Of a DNA stretch of 64,000 nucleotides, positions 36,713 through 49,875 are shown in pieces. The stretch's first letter is position 1, and every line of letters begins with the position of its first letter. The notes below the pieces were generated by a model. The model was not told the origin of the DNA, did no database searches, and saw only the letters and a list, made by a program, of their open reading frames with translations. This DNA comes from Hydrolagus affinis (lineage: Eukaryota), in NCBI GenBank assembly GCA_012026655.1, contig JAAILG010001427.1:1-64000 (forward strand). The letters are read 5' to 3'. Position numbers and translations under genes: made by a program.

Positions 36713-37484
36713 GAGCAAAGATGATATCTCATTTCACACAATGGAGAAAACCCGACATGTTTAAAGCACAATGAGTGCAAGCTTGAATTGTGAAGAACTC
36801 GACATCAATTTTTCTTCCAACTCTCCCTTCCCCCCTTTTCGTTTAAGAATACATTGAAAGTTACATGTATTTTAGGTAGGAATATGTCTCACAGCATTGG
36901 CAAGCGTCTTATTATTTTCCTTCGGGGGGAGAATTCCCTTTGAGAGAAAGGGTTCGATTGGGGAAAAAAACTGTGAAGCGTTCGTTTTCAATGGGTTAAC
37001 CTCAGTAACAGTTTGAGGAACATCCCTTATTAATGCTTCTTTCGCCCCCCCACCCCCTCTCCCCCCTCACCACCCCCTACACCCCTCCTTCTCCCACCAC
37101 ATGCGCGCACGGCAGGAGTAAATCCTGTGGATTTGGTACATTTGTATTCACTTAATTGCGTCAGCTACACCTTTGAACTTGGAAGATAAAGAAATAGCAC
37201 TTATCTGCTATATGTTTTGTCAGGTTTGCGCCTGGGAAATGATTGCTCACTATTCAAGGGCTCATTTCCAGCCCAGGAAAGGCTGACCCACGCTGTCAAC
37301 CACCGCACAGCAAAAACGTGCGTCGTCTCCCAACACCACACAGATAAAAAAAAAGACATGTGGGCTGAGGAAACAGGTGAGCGCAAAGGCTTAAGGTCGT
37401 ATTTTTTTCATACAAGAAGATAATCTGCCTTGAGATTCTTCCATCCGCCCCACCATCACCATCGCCACGACCACCCACGTGAAA

Positions 37485-37590
37485 TATTCGCCCGCAAAAT
37501 ATACAGTCAATATAGGTTAATTCACTTTACAGTATATTCTTGTGAAAATGTTATGATAAGGGATCAGTTATATCAAATTGCAACGACTGC
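37485..37590 (+). mobile_element. SINE family A tail fragment
   Basis: ttcgcccgcaaaatatacagtcaat...aattcactttacagtatattcttgtgaa. Confidence 0.65.
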
Positions 37591-37961
37591 CGTTAAATTG
37601 TACTGCTAATAGGGAAACATTTTGAGGGTCGTTATGAGGCAACTGGCCATTCATTGGAACTGGATCGACCTACCCTCACTAAAGACTAAGGACTTAACCT
37701 GACAAGGGATGGGAGATACGTTTCTGGGTCAAATTACAACCAGTTCCGAACATATGAATTTTTCAATTTACAATACTTGATGGGCTGTGATTGTTGGTAA
37801 ACTTATTCAACCTCGTCCCTGTGTCCTCAGCAAATATCTACACGTGAACAGTCTGCAGGACAGAGATCAAGAGTGAGGTCCCTGGCTTCTTTCTCTCTCT
37901 TTCCTTCTCTCTCTCTCTCTCTCTGTAGGCTCATTAGATCTGGGTTTTTTTCTGTCTCCTT

Positions 37962-38090
37962 CTGTTGCCTCTGCTGAGATAAGCTCAGTGGGTACCAGGC
38001 TGGAGATTGAACTTAGGACCTTCCTTGTCCATATAGATCTCTGCACCATGTCACGTGGTTCATTTACCTCAATCATTCACTGGGGAATCC
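37962..38090 (-). mobile_element. Family C SINE head
   Basis: gctgagataagct...ggagattgaacttaggaccttccttgtccatata is the reverse complement of a B-box region (AAGGTCCTAAGTTCAATCTCC). Confidence 0.6.
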
Positions 38091-39014
38091 TTGTAAATAA
38101 GTGCCCATTTTGACATTGCTGCACGTAAAGCCATCCCTTAGTCCTGGCTGTCCACAGATTTTTACTGAACATACGTGCTGATCATAGATAGACATTTAAA
38201 GCTGCACAATTCTTACAACACCCCCCAGACCGCAAGCGGAATTCACACGGTAACCAATCTCCGCCAAGGGGACGGAAGTGATTTCTGACACCTTGATTTT
38301 GAGACAGAGCCTTTGAAGAGCAAGTTTGTCGTCAAATTTTCAGGAATTGTAGAAAATTTAGTCTGAACTCAGAAGCCCGGTTTTCCTGCGATTGTTAAAA
38401 AAAAACGCAGTTAAGCCGGGATTTAAGAATTGTTCGCAAATTCAGCCGCTCTCTTTCAGAGAATTTTAAGACTTTGGGTTAAGAGAGGGTGGAATTTCGG
38501 GGCAGAGTTCTGACCAGAATGAAGGGCGGACAATAATGATTTATAAAAGGTGAGAATCCACCACTGAGAACCTCAATTCTTAACTCCTTAATTGCAGCAG
38601 AACTGCAAGGTATAAGCACACACAAGACTGAAACCTTTGGAAACATCCAATCAGAGGCATGCACTTCAAACCAGGCAGGTGTGAAACGCAAAGCGGTCTC
38701 CACAAATAACCTCTATTTAGACCACAATGCTGTCTTCCTTGTTTTGTGTATTAACAGTAAGATGTCTTTGCACACAGCAAAGACCTTATATGCAGACATA
38801 TACACTCACAAGTTGCTTAAAAACGCCTGTAGGTCGGATCACTTGGACATCTGACCTAACTCTAGTCCACCAGCCTAGACCACCAACCATAAAAAATTTC
38901 AGTGCAGAAAAGATGCAAGGATTATTATTACTGCATTTACTCAAATCTAATGGGGGGTTTTTTTGCATTAAGAGGTACCTCTAAAATCAGGGACAATGCT
39001 GTTTTAAACCACTC

Positions 39015-39098
39015 TACCTCACAGTAAATCCTGTGAACCGCTTTGAGACGTCCCCCTGATGTGAAAGGTATTATATCAAATGTAAGGATAATTATTAC
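39015..39098 (+). mobile_element. SINE/L2 tail fragment
   Basis: ctgtgaaccgctttgagacgtccccctgatgtgaaaggtattatatcaaatgtaaggataattatta. Confidence 0.72.
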
Positions 39099-40448
39099 GT
39101 GGTAGGATTTCATGTCAAACTAGCTACAAAAAAACGGGTTGCAAGTGACTTGACCTGAAGGGAGTACAAGCAAGTTTGAGTGTATAGAAGTTCTTTGCTT
39201 GTGCAATGATATTTTACTGTTAATACATGAAAAGGGGGAAGACAGGATTGAAGGCTGATATCACTCGAATTCTGCCTAATAGCATTTTCTACTTGAAAAT
39301 GAGAAGATTCTGTATCTTCTAAGCCCCATTAATCATACATTCCAGATTCTGGAGGTAGGAGGGGTGGGGTGGGGGGTTGGTTGGTGGTGGTGGGGGGGAG
39401 AAAGAGTGCTGTTGAGATTCCCAATACAACTGCCTCCACTCATAAAGACCTTATTATGCAGCCTGGTAGCATTGTGAGAGAAGAAGATAGGATATCTCAG
39501 GCCTTTCATTTTGCAAAAAATATTTTTTTTAACAAAATAAAGTAGAACCGAAGAATTCTAAGCAGTGCAAATTGAATCAGGATAACTTCAGTCATGCTGC
39601 TAGATTTCTCAGCTAGATTCTGCAGAAGGAAAGAAAATAAATTAACAAATAAATGGCTCGCTATTGATTTGTCCGCAATGTTAAATTAACATTTTTTTCT
39701 CTCTCTTTCCCACCCCCTACCAACCCACTCAGAGAATTGTCCCTAAAGAATTACCCACCAATTAAAAATTCATCTCAAACTCCTGTTTCCAGCACCTTTG
39801 GCCCCTTAAAACCATCATCGTAATAATCATTAATAACTAAAGGCTTTTCAGTGTCACATGTGTGTCCTTTCCTGTTCAGGAAAGCCTCCTACTTCTCTGC
39901 TCATTTGATATCTATTACACAGCACTTGCCTTTAATTGCTGTACAACAGGATACTCCTGATACGAGGCAAGTAGAGCAACATTTTTTTTCTTATTGAAGC
40001 GTTACAGTCAACGGTAAGAACCTTAACTGCAGTTGTTAAAAATGCAACACAGCTTTCAAAACTTTGCATGAGTGACTTCCATTATATTTTAACAATCAAT
40101 CTGCCTTCGGTTAAGTTTGCAGTTTGGGGGGGGTGTGGGGGGACTGCAAGCAAGCAGTGGTCAGTTGTCTGGACACCACAGTCAAAAACATATCAGTGAG
40201 AAGCACATCACAAGATAGGTTTGTGAATTGGCTCTTCAAACCAATGAAGAGTCCCCACCCCCACGCGCCACCACCACTCCCTCCGAACCAGACCCTGTGT
40301 GTACAGGAAAAGTAGGATTTTCTGCAAATAAAATGCTTTCATTATAGATTTGTCCTTTCCACAGTGGGAGAGCATTAGAGAGCATGTTTGTTACCGAATC
40401 TGTCTTCGACATAAAAGTTGTGTTGCTTCCCACCAGGGTCACCATTAT

Positions 40449-40516
40449 TAATAATAATAATAATTCTTGCATTTCATATAGTGCTTTTCGCATCTTATCG
40501 ATGTCTCAAAGCACTT
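40449..40516 (-). mobile_element. SINE family A tail fragment
   Basis: (aat)n tcttgcatttcatatagtgcttttcgcatcttatcgatgtctcaaagcactt. Confidence 0.72.
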
Positions 40517-42349
40517 GATCATTCATTGGACAGGGCTGGTTTCATCAGACTTGAGTGAGCAGGCTGAAACAAGTGATCACATATTAATGAAGGTGTTAAA
40601 AAGATAATATTGGGCTATTATTTTCCATTGTGCCAAAAAATGCGATTGATTGCTCCCCCTCCAGCCTTCCGTAAGCTCTCCCCTTCCCCTCACCCGTGTC
40701 GCATCTTCTCTTCTCCTCTCTTCCCACCCCCCACACCTTCTTTTATTGTCTTGTCCCATCCCTCCCTCTCCTCTCTCCCCACCTCTATCTTGTCTCATCT
40801 TGTTTCATCCTTTCCTGTCCTACCCTTTTTCATCCATCCATCTCCGTCACAAAGGTGAGGCATGGAAGGAGTGGTGTTACTATAAAAACAAACAGACACC
40901 TGCTCACGGCCGCACAATTTTTCAGCAGTAATGAAGACCCAGCTTAACTCTTTGAGAGCCCCGAGTGACATACGCAAGCTCAGAGATCTGAGGAAATAAG
41001 CCACGGCGTAAAAGCGCAATCCAGCTTTCGATAAAATGCCTCTTTAATCCATTGTCTGACCGAACAGAGAGGAGAAGCTAAATGGAACCATTGTCGGTCT
41101 GGTGCTTATTTTAGGAACAAAAAGAAAAATTGCCACAAACAGCCCCAGCCCGCGCAGGGTTAACGTGGCATGCACACCGTTTCCAACAAATGGTGAAAAT
41201 TACTTCCTACGGAGTCTTGTGGCTTTAAGAGTGTGAGATTAATTCAGTAAACGAAGTAAGGAAGTGATCTGACCTGCAGCCAGCAAAAACCGCCCACACC
41301 AGTCCCCGCGCTTGCTGAATAGTTATGAGATGAATGTGCTGGATGTGGTTTTGCATTCCTACACCTACAGACACAGCAGTCTCCACACCTGGCTCTGCTG
41401 TCTTTAGGCTAAGGTTGTGAAGACCAGCCCTCCTCCCTATCCATTGCCAACCCAACGGCAGGGCTTCAAAACAGCTGATGACTCAGCGTTAAAAAGACAG
41501 CAAGAGCTTTGGATCAAGTCACCTTTGCTTTAACCATTTTGTTGCCAAAGTCATTATCCTTTTATGGGACGGGCAGCAGACGGTGGGAAGCGGCGGGTGG
41601 GGGGGGGGGAGGGGGATGTGGATTGGGGGGTGGGAAGGGGAGAGCCAAGTGGGATCTCCTTGGTGCTGAAGGATCTCCAAGGTGACATATTTGGCAATGG
41701 AATGTCAGAATCGAGCCAGGCCTCTGTGGTGAACTCGGCAGTCTGGTTCCTGAGCCAGGCAGATATGGAGTATACCAGGGCACTGCTGCTGACGGCACAG
41801 CCAGCCAGACCTCGGCAAGACTTGGAAGGGCAGACCAGTCACTAGGAGACAGTGTCCTCTCACTCAGCTCCTGTTAACCCTGCAAGCCAAAGCCTCGACG
41901 GGTAGGGTGGTCCTAGCTGGACAAGCAGCAGGAAAACTTGCCAGACAGCGGTATGAATGGCAAGCAATGCAGTGTGGTTTTATCTGGTCTACGACTCCAG
42001 CAATACCCCCAACAACCAAGCCTTGGGTCTTGCAAACCTGCGCCTCATACTTTCCATAATTGGGTAATCAAGATGGGTCCCTCGAGGGAGAGAAATGCAA
42101 CATTTCCATCGCAATAATCTACCACTGGGATTTCCATGTGTAGGGGTGGGTGGGTGGGTGGGTGGGAGGCATGGAATTCCGAGTTTGGTTTGGATGCTAT
42201 TAAGCATGATGATGGTTTGTTTTTTCTGCATGTGTCAGACACCCGGCTGACCCCAAAACATATAGAACGAAGGAGGGGTCGAATTTGCAGTATTGAAACA
42301 CAGCTGCGCTGTTCCTGTTGTGAATATCAAATGACATTTAACTTGTAAT

Positions 42350-42364
42350 ATTTGCAAAACAATG
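42350..42364 (-). promoter_or_regulatory. Sox-POU composite motif (candidate enhancer site)
   Basis: The minus strand reads CATTGTTTTGCAAAT, one mismatch from the canonical CATTGTTATGCAAAT. Function is untested. Confidence 0.35.
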
Positions 42365-44649
42365 GCTCATTTCGCCTCACGAAACCTGACAAACTGTGAA
42401 TAAAGGCTGGCATTTTGTTGTTGTTGTCGTCGTTGCTTTTTTTTGCTCTCTCTCTCTCTCTCTCTCTCGCGCGCCTCCCCCCCCCCCCTCTCCACCGACT
42501 TGTATTTTGCTGCCACACGACAGCACATCCGATTGGCATTCGTGAAATCTGTTACGTTTTTGCGGCAGGAAGTATTTCACTTCTTTGTGACAATCTTTTT
42601 TAACTTCTTTTTAAAAACATTGGGAGGATGTCACTAAAACCTTTGTGAATTATGTATTCCATTAAAAATCATATGATACTGTCCAGTTTGGTGCTGGATT
42701 CAAACCAGGCGCCTTGAGAAGAAAGGGCAGTGTGTGGTGACACTCAGTCCGAGGCCCGGCTACTTTACCCTATTGCTTGTGCTGGATATGAGTGCGGGGC
42801 TTGGTGCCAATACCTACTTGGATAATCTATTGTGTGCCTTTTTGTTAAGTTTAGCTCTATTCATACTGCATTCCTTCCAATCAGTTGTAACTTGGTGCAG
42901 ATTTCCACGTTTCTTATTGCGGTTAAATCATGAATGGGCTTTCATTGTAGTTTCTCTTAAAATATAGCTTGTCATCTTTTGCGTTCTCAAGCCTACAGGC
43001 CTCGCAGGTACCCAGGGACCAGCCCTGGTCAGGATACTTTAACAAAACAACAATATTTGCAAGTGTTCTGTAATGTTGGGCATGAGGTCTGTCAAATAAA
43101 GTACATAGCAGTTCTGGTTATAATCCCTTTACAGGTCCACCTGTCAAGTCTCGCCCATTAGTTGTGAGACTACTGGGATGTACGTTTTCTCATCTCATGC
43201 GAAAAGTTAATGGCCTAAAAAACATTCCTGAAACAACCTTGTCGGCAAGGCAGCTGAGCGTTTAGAAGCTCTGTACCTAGGCGCGTTGGGAGGGGGGAGG
43301 GGTGGAAGAAGTGATCAATCAATCATTCTCGACAATTCCCAGAGGAGATGTGTACAAGTCCTCATCCCCTCCCCATTTGAAATCAATCAGATCAAGCCTC
43401 CTATATCTCGAGTCTCACATGCGTATTATCGCAAGCTGATTTTTTTCTGTCTCTTTTATTTTGGCGACTGCCGAAACAAAACTCAGGCCAAACGAAACAA
43501 TTATTCATCTGGCTTCACCTGTGAAACAGTCTTAAGAATACTTTTTCAAAGTTGAAAATTGGTACGGATGTAATTTTTTTTTAGCTCATAGCGAAAACGT
43601 TAAGCGGAGACCTTTAGCAGAATAATACTGTATTTATGAGTAAAAACCCAAGGAGACAAATTGGAAAGCTGGAGCCAGGATTACTTTCCAGTCATGTCAC
43701 ATGTACAGAAACACATTACATTTTTCATCTTGATATGTGAACTTTGCTGAAAACTGCAGCAATCTTGACAGCCCTTTTTATAGGATTCAGTACAACAACA
43801 AAAACAGAACTGAGAGCAACTCAGAGCATAAAGAGAGAAGAGCGTATCTTAGGGTAAACCTGCGGAACATTTAGAGCCATTCAACAGCTAAATTCATTCC
43901 GAAAACAGAGAACACAATATCCTTCTTTATAATAGCCCCAGTTTGTTTTTTAGTGTGGGAAATTCTACTGGTCTGAACTGGGAGCCTAAAAGGGAAAAGC
44001 TGTCATTTTGAATATATATAGTACCTCTTCAAGCATACACCACAAAGGATAGATCGGGTTTTTTTAAAAACATGAGTGTTGGATGCTTCAGATTATTACA
44101 GTATGTGTGTTCAATTACAAAAATTGAATTCAGACTTCTGGGGTTTAAAATTTCATGCCACAAGTACCAATTCATTCACTGCTTTCTGAGAATTCCTTTT
44201 AACCTTCCAACTCCCGCTCACTTTTGAGAACTTTTGAGAGCACAAGAGTTGTACAGACGACACGCAATTAAGATGCCCCCCCAGGGGGAGTGGGGGTGGG
44301 GGGGGGGAGATTATGGTGTTGAAAGAAAGAGGCATTCGGTCAACAGGCCCGAGAATTTCTTACGTGTACTACCAGAAAAGAAAGGCATTTGCTCGTTAAT
44401 CCATTTTGTATTTACTTTATTGTCTTTGGTGTGGCATCACCTGGCGATTCAATAGCATTGGGATGAGGGTCTGTTTAGGCGCAGGCTTTTTCAAACCATG
44501 GACGGTTGGCATGAAATTTATGCCAAGTCCAATTTTATTGCCAATGTAGTCAAGACTGGAGAACAGGTCAAATGCTTGAGCACCAAACTCTGGCCAGAAT
44601 ATCATCTTGGGAGAAAAACCATGATTCCATAATCCTGCTCCCACAGCTA

Positions 44650-44780
44650 GCAACAACAACAAATTACATTTATAGAGCTCCTTCTACCAACAACAGCAGC
44701 AACAAAATTACATTTGTAGATGTAAATGTCTCGATGAGGAAATCAGGAGGACAGCCCAGGGCACTGGATAGGCAGGGATC
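44650..44780 (-). mobile_element. Two tandem L2 tail fragments
   Basis: caacaacaacaaattacatttatagagc, then cagcaacaaaattacatttgta...tcaggaggacagcccagggcactggataggcaggg. Confidence 0.7.
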
Positions 44781-45609
44781 TGCACTCAAGCCAGTGGTTG
44801 GGAATCAGGAGGGGTTGGAGTGCTTTGAAAGCAATACAATGTTCTTCAAAAGATTATTTATCTGCCCTGCGATACTGAGTAGAACCAAATTCATTTAACC
44901 AAGCAGGTAATATCAAGGAGAGTGTTAGAAGAAAAGAATGACGAATCTATTAAAAGCATATTTTGTTTTCTGTTAACAAACAAGACACTATCTTATATTT
45001 TCAGATCTCTGTTCTCCCCTTATGAGTTGCTAATTTCACCGGCTGTGTTGCTCTATGCACCTGATATGTAAAAATATGATTTTAATTTCTGAGGTGACAA
45101 ACTGTGTTTGCTTGAAATAGACATTGCAGCCCCTCATGTGCTTACTGTCTGGTATTTAAAGCCCCAGGGAAGCTCCTAGACGCGAGGTTTCTGCAGGAAA
45201 GTTGTTGTATTGCCCAGAGCAGTCCTACCTATGTTCCTTACTGGTGCGCTTTAAGCATCAATCTGATGGGACTATTTCAATGGCTGCCACGATTTTGTTG
45301 TGCAACAACTTAACCGGCTCTCTGTTCATTCCCAGCTGTCAAGGCTGGCAATAGTTGGGGGGAATTGGCCTGAATTAAAAACCCTACAGCTCAGAACTTG
45401 GGGAGACAACAGCGCATTGTCAGTTCCAAGAATCCATGAACAGGATTCCGCTCATACGGTAAACAAGTAGCATCCAGACTTGACCAACTCTTCCGCATGG
45501 GCGCTAGTATTTAATTTAGTTCATCGAAAGTGGCGTTGGAAGCTCACCCTTGAATTCTGACTCGGAATTCCATAGGCAGAGGAAGGCACACCCTTGAAGG
45601 GGAGTGAGT

Positions 45610-45865
45610 TACAATTTTTAAATCAAAATTGTTTCTTCGTACAGAGGGGTGTGAAGATGCGGAACGCCCAGCCTCTGCTCCAGAAAGCTACAGAGGTTAT
45701 GTTTGGAACAAACAAGGGTGTGGAAGTGAGAGAGACATGTGGGTAAAATAGAAGCATTAAAGGCGGGGTGAAAGGATGGGGCATGGGGATTAGAATATCT
45801 GTCAGGATCTTATCAACTGGTCAAACAGGCTTGATGGACTGAACGGCCTCCTTGTCTAAGTTGTA
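45610..45865 (+). mobile_element. Degraded CR1 3' end
   Basis: gtttcttcgtacagaggggtgtgaagatgcggaacg (FF.QR.V..WN relic) and acaggcttgatggactgaacggcctcct. Confidence 0.65.
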
Positions 45866-46439
45866 GGAGTTGCCGTGTGATTTGTGAATCACGGAGCTAC
45901 TGTTATCCTCATGTGCTAAATAACAAGCAAATAAATGGGTGCAGTGAAAATTGTCTTAAATACGAAGAGTTTTCGGAGATTTTTTTAAGTAAAAGTTTTT
46001 ACATCCAGAATTGCTGGATGCCTTTAATTCTTTCCATGCCATCAGTGAAAACTCCTAAGAAAGACTGCTGCTGTTGGAAGTATTTGTGAGATGCAAAGAA
46101 TATTTCAGCGATGAAATGGCACTCGTCTTATGACCAATGTGGAATATGATCCAAATACTTTATAAGGAACTTGGCGAGGGATGTTTAAGAGCATGTAGGG
46201 AAGAGAAGGAGGATATGAGTAAAGGATATGAAGAGGAGGAGGGGAGCTCTGGGGAAGGGAGAGGGAAGGGAGAGGTTGGGGAAACAGCATTGCAGACTTA
46301 CTGAGAGAAGATGAGTGGGTGGGGGAATGGGAGTATGGGGAATGTGTGGTAACATTACTGTCTCACATACACCGTGAAGTTGGAATCACGGAGCAGTATT
46401 CTTTTATTACAAACACGAGGGAGGGGGGGGTGGGGGGGT

Positions 46440-46900
46440 GGAAGGAGTGAATGATTTCCTTCTCAAGCACTTAGCAGCCACTTGTGGCCAGTGTTCGAGT
46501 CTTTATCTTTTTTTCCAACTCGACTTCTTTTTAAAACTTAAAAATAAAGGAGAAAGGACCGTTCTAAACGCTCAAATTGCTAATAATGAAAAAACAATGA
46601 GCCCTTATAATGATGATGCATAAATCACCGCTGTAACATCGCAGCAGCTGCTGATGCTAGCTAGCCCTACTCTAATATTTATGAAGACATTTCATTTTTC
46701 CCCCTCTTCTCTCCCGCTTTTAACAACGCCAGCATTAGATAGCGCCACCATCAAAATCAACAGCAAAACGGCAATCCGCACAGCCCACCTCTTGGGTGTG
46801 CTCACTGTTTCGAAAATATTGCTGAGGTGAGCCACGTGAGCAAAAAGACAATTCACTGGGGAATCGTTTTTCTAAGCTCTCACTAAAAGTACAGGCATCC
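46440..46900. promoter_or_regulatory. Candidate conserved non-coding enhancer
   Basis: Repeat-free block with SOX AACAATG (46593-46599), PBX-HOX CATAAATCA (46619-46627) and the palindromic E-box CAGCAGCTGCTG (46642-46653). Conservation was not checked. Confidence 0.35.
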
Positions 46901-49730
46901 TTATTAGATAGTAGACACTGGAGCCATTTAATACCCTCAGTTTAATCACAAAGCCTTTACCGTGTAAAAACACACAGCTGGAGGAGCGAAAGCATGACTA
47001 CTGGTACAAAGTTACTTGGACGAGGAGTTGTTTGGAAGAAGCCCCATTCCACAAGTTGAGACCCTCGCAGTTTGAATTGTACATCAAAAATAATATAAAT
47101 ATTTTTAGGAATATGTTTGTTTGGGGGTTTTTTTTCCATGTTTTTTTTCCATATCGGTGTCCAAATCCTGCTGCATATCTAATGGGAGCACTCCACTACA
47201 CTATCTCAGTCAAGAGTGATTCCAGATTCTCAACAGTAAGATGCATTAAAAAGTTCTTTTCCCACAGTCTTCAAACCATTGTATATCAACAGGCAAAGAG
47301 TGGTGAGCTCTTTTTTTTTGTTGAAAAAAAACCACACACACGTAATGGCAAAGCATCCCAGGCCACACATTTATCCAATACATCATAGAGGAAAATTCCT
47401 TGTCATTTTTAATAGTGGCTGGAGATTAAGGGAATTTTTTTTTCAGTGGTAATGAAGTTCACAGATTGCTTTATTGTTTCAGAAAGTTTGTTTGGCACTC
47501 TCCTCCTTTTCGGTCAATACCTGCCAACTTTCTGAACAGGGGACAATCTGCAAGTGGGTGTGGTGGGGCTGATGATGTGGAGGAGGGTGGGTGGGTGGGT
47601 TGAAGAGCTAATCAGAGCCAACAGGACTGTGGGGGAGGAAGGGTCATTCAATAGCATGTTGATGACATTAAATGCAATGTGTTCTTGGAACGGCAACAAT
47701 GCACCACTTTAAATTGCGATGTTGCTAACAATTCAACTTCACCAACAATGTAAGAAATTTCATCATTCTATTCCCTCGCTTCCTAAATTTACTGTTAACT
47801 TATGTTCCCGCTTAATTCGATCAAATTATATCTTTCAAGTTTTTACTTCTCCTGCCACGTGTGATTCCCATTGCAAACATCCTTTCTCTCCCCCATTTCT
47901 ACTTTTCATTCTACTTTTCAGGATCTCTCCTCTCGCATTCCTTCCTGCATCATTATTTCACGCTTCTCTGTCTTTCAAGGTTTTCTCTTCTCCTTTCTGG
48001 AAAGGGAGGGAGGGAGGGAGGGAGCAAAGAAGGGAATAGGAGAAAGAGAACAGAAAATCTAATTGCCGATGAAGTGCCCAGGAAATAAAGAGGGGGAGGG
48101 CATTGGAGAAAGGAGTTCAAACCGAAAATAAAATCCAAAACATATGAGAGTGGGACATTTTTTTAAAAAAAACAAGGAAACAAGCTACTAAAACAAGAGA
48201 TATGGCAACATAGAGAATGGATAAGGGTGGAAATTGGAAAAGGAAACTCAAAAATTAATCCCCGCCCAGCCCCTCATGGATGGCAACAGCAACTATCAAT
48301 CCACTACCCAAAGGCATGTTATCAATTCAGGATTTCTTGGAAGCGTTAAGAATTTACTGTAACAAAAAGTTGAGTTGAAAGTTGTGGGGAGTTGGATGGA
48401 TGCCCTGCCAAGAGTATTGCTACACAAGTCGTTTCCCAATCAGGAGTCAATGCTTCAGGAATACAAACCCTGGAGATCAAAGGCCTGGTGCAAGAAACTA
48501 TTAATTTGGTTACAATCCGTCCATTTTTTTTTGCACATAAAATTTTTAAAAACAATATTTTGAGCCTTCCATTGGGTTTCTGCTCTTTCATTTTTTTTTT
48601 GGTGGGGGGGAACAAATCACCAACTGAGCAAAGCTCCTCCTTGAGTCTCTCTGTGCTCACCACTCTCCAACCAGCAGATACCAGATACACTTGCATTATT
48701 GCATGACAGATACTCAGGACTGTTCAGCAACAGCCACGGGACTATGTCAACTGCTACTCTCTCAAAAGGAAACTAATTGAATGTGATGTCCTAATGCATA
48801 CTTCACATTCGAACTTCTTATGGAGCAATGTGATATTCCTGTAATCTGCCGCAGATTAATTTCCACTGTTCCTCCAGCGATATGCCCACAGACCTAATCT
48901 GTCAATAAGAGAGGCATCACACATTAACTGATTGAAGTATCACGGACATTAGTATGGCCTATGGCATCCACTGCCGACAGCAAAAAAAAACCTGCCTTTG
49001 CACACAGCATCAACAGGTCAGATATAATTAGAGATGAGTGAGGACGGGATCCGAGCCCCATCTCTCGTCATGGTCAACAGTCTGACAACTGTGTGGGTTT
49101 CCGCGTTAAGACTGTTCACTTGAGTGAGTGGCATTTTACCTCAACGCGAGTCAGCCATTCCAGAGGCTAAAATTCTAACTGTGGTTCTTAAAGTTGGAAG
49201 ATTGGGGGGAAAAAAAATTCAGTCCGAATTTGGGAGACTAACTCTCCCCGCTCGGTTCTTAAAATGAATGAATTAAAAAAGAGTTCTCCATGAATCTGCA
49301 GCAAAACGTCTGAACAGGTTAGGACTAGGTGGAATTTCAGGCCTGAGGAGGGGAGAGAAGGGAGGGTCAGGGGTGGGAGGAACATTGCAAAGTACTGCCA
49401 TACTGAAAACAAGAATGGGTGTGTGGGAGTGACGACAATGAAAAGAATTTGACTTCCAATGTTCCAATAACAAAAATTGTTTCAGATTTGCTCTTGTGGT
49501 TTACAGCTACAGACAAATCCCTTCGATGGTGTTATTTCCCGTAATGACTCTCACCCACCCGTCCATTATTTTCGCTGCAGTTTCAGTTCAGCTGTCGTTT
49601 CTTTTCATGAACAATACAATCTCCTCCCTAGGTTTAATTTTGTGCGCTTTTGGGTTCCATGCCTTGGGACCCTTTTGTCATGTTGCATTGCTCACTACTC
49701 TGCTGTGGCCAGTTAACACTGGGCGTGCGA

Positions 49731-49875
49731 ATACAATATATAATTGTATTTGTATAGAGTGCCTTTCACTTCGGGAGGACGTCCCAAGCGAGGAGAATCA
49801 ACGAGCAAAAAAAGCCATAGGATCGTACACGCTGAAGGAGGCCATTATTCGGCCCACCGTTCCTGTGCTATCCAA
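49731..49875 (-). mobile_element. L2 tail-only insert (~49731-49790) next to a CR1 terminal fragment (~49812-49875)
   Basis: gcctttcacttcgggaggacgtcccaagcg, and gaaggaggccattattcggcccaccgttcctgtgc. Confidence 0.65.

Noticed and set aside
41562-41845. GC-richer ORF pair that looks exon-like
   Set aside because: No BAHCC1 similarity in the listed frames and no good acceptor/donor pair. It begins in a poly-G tract.
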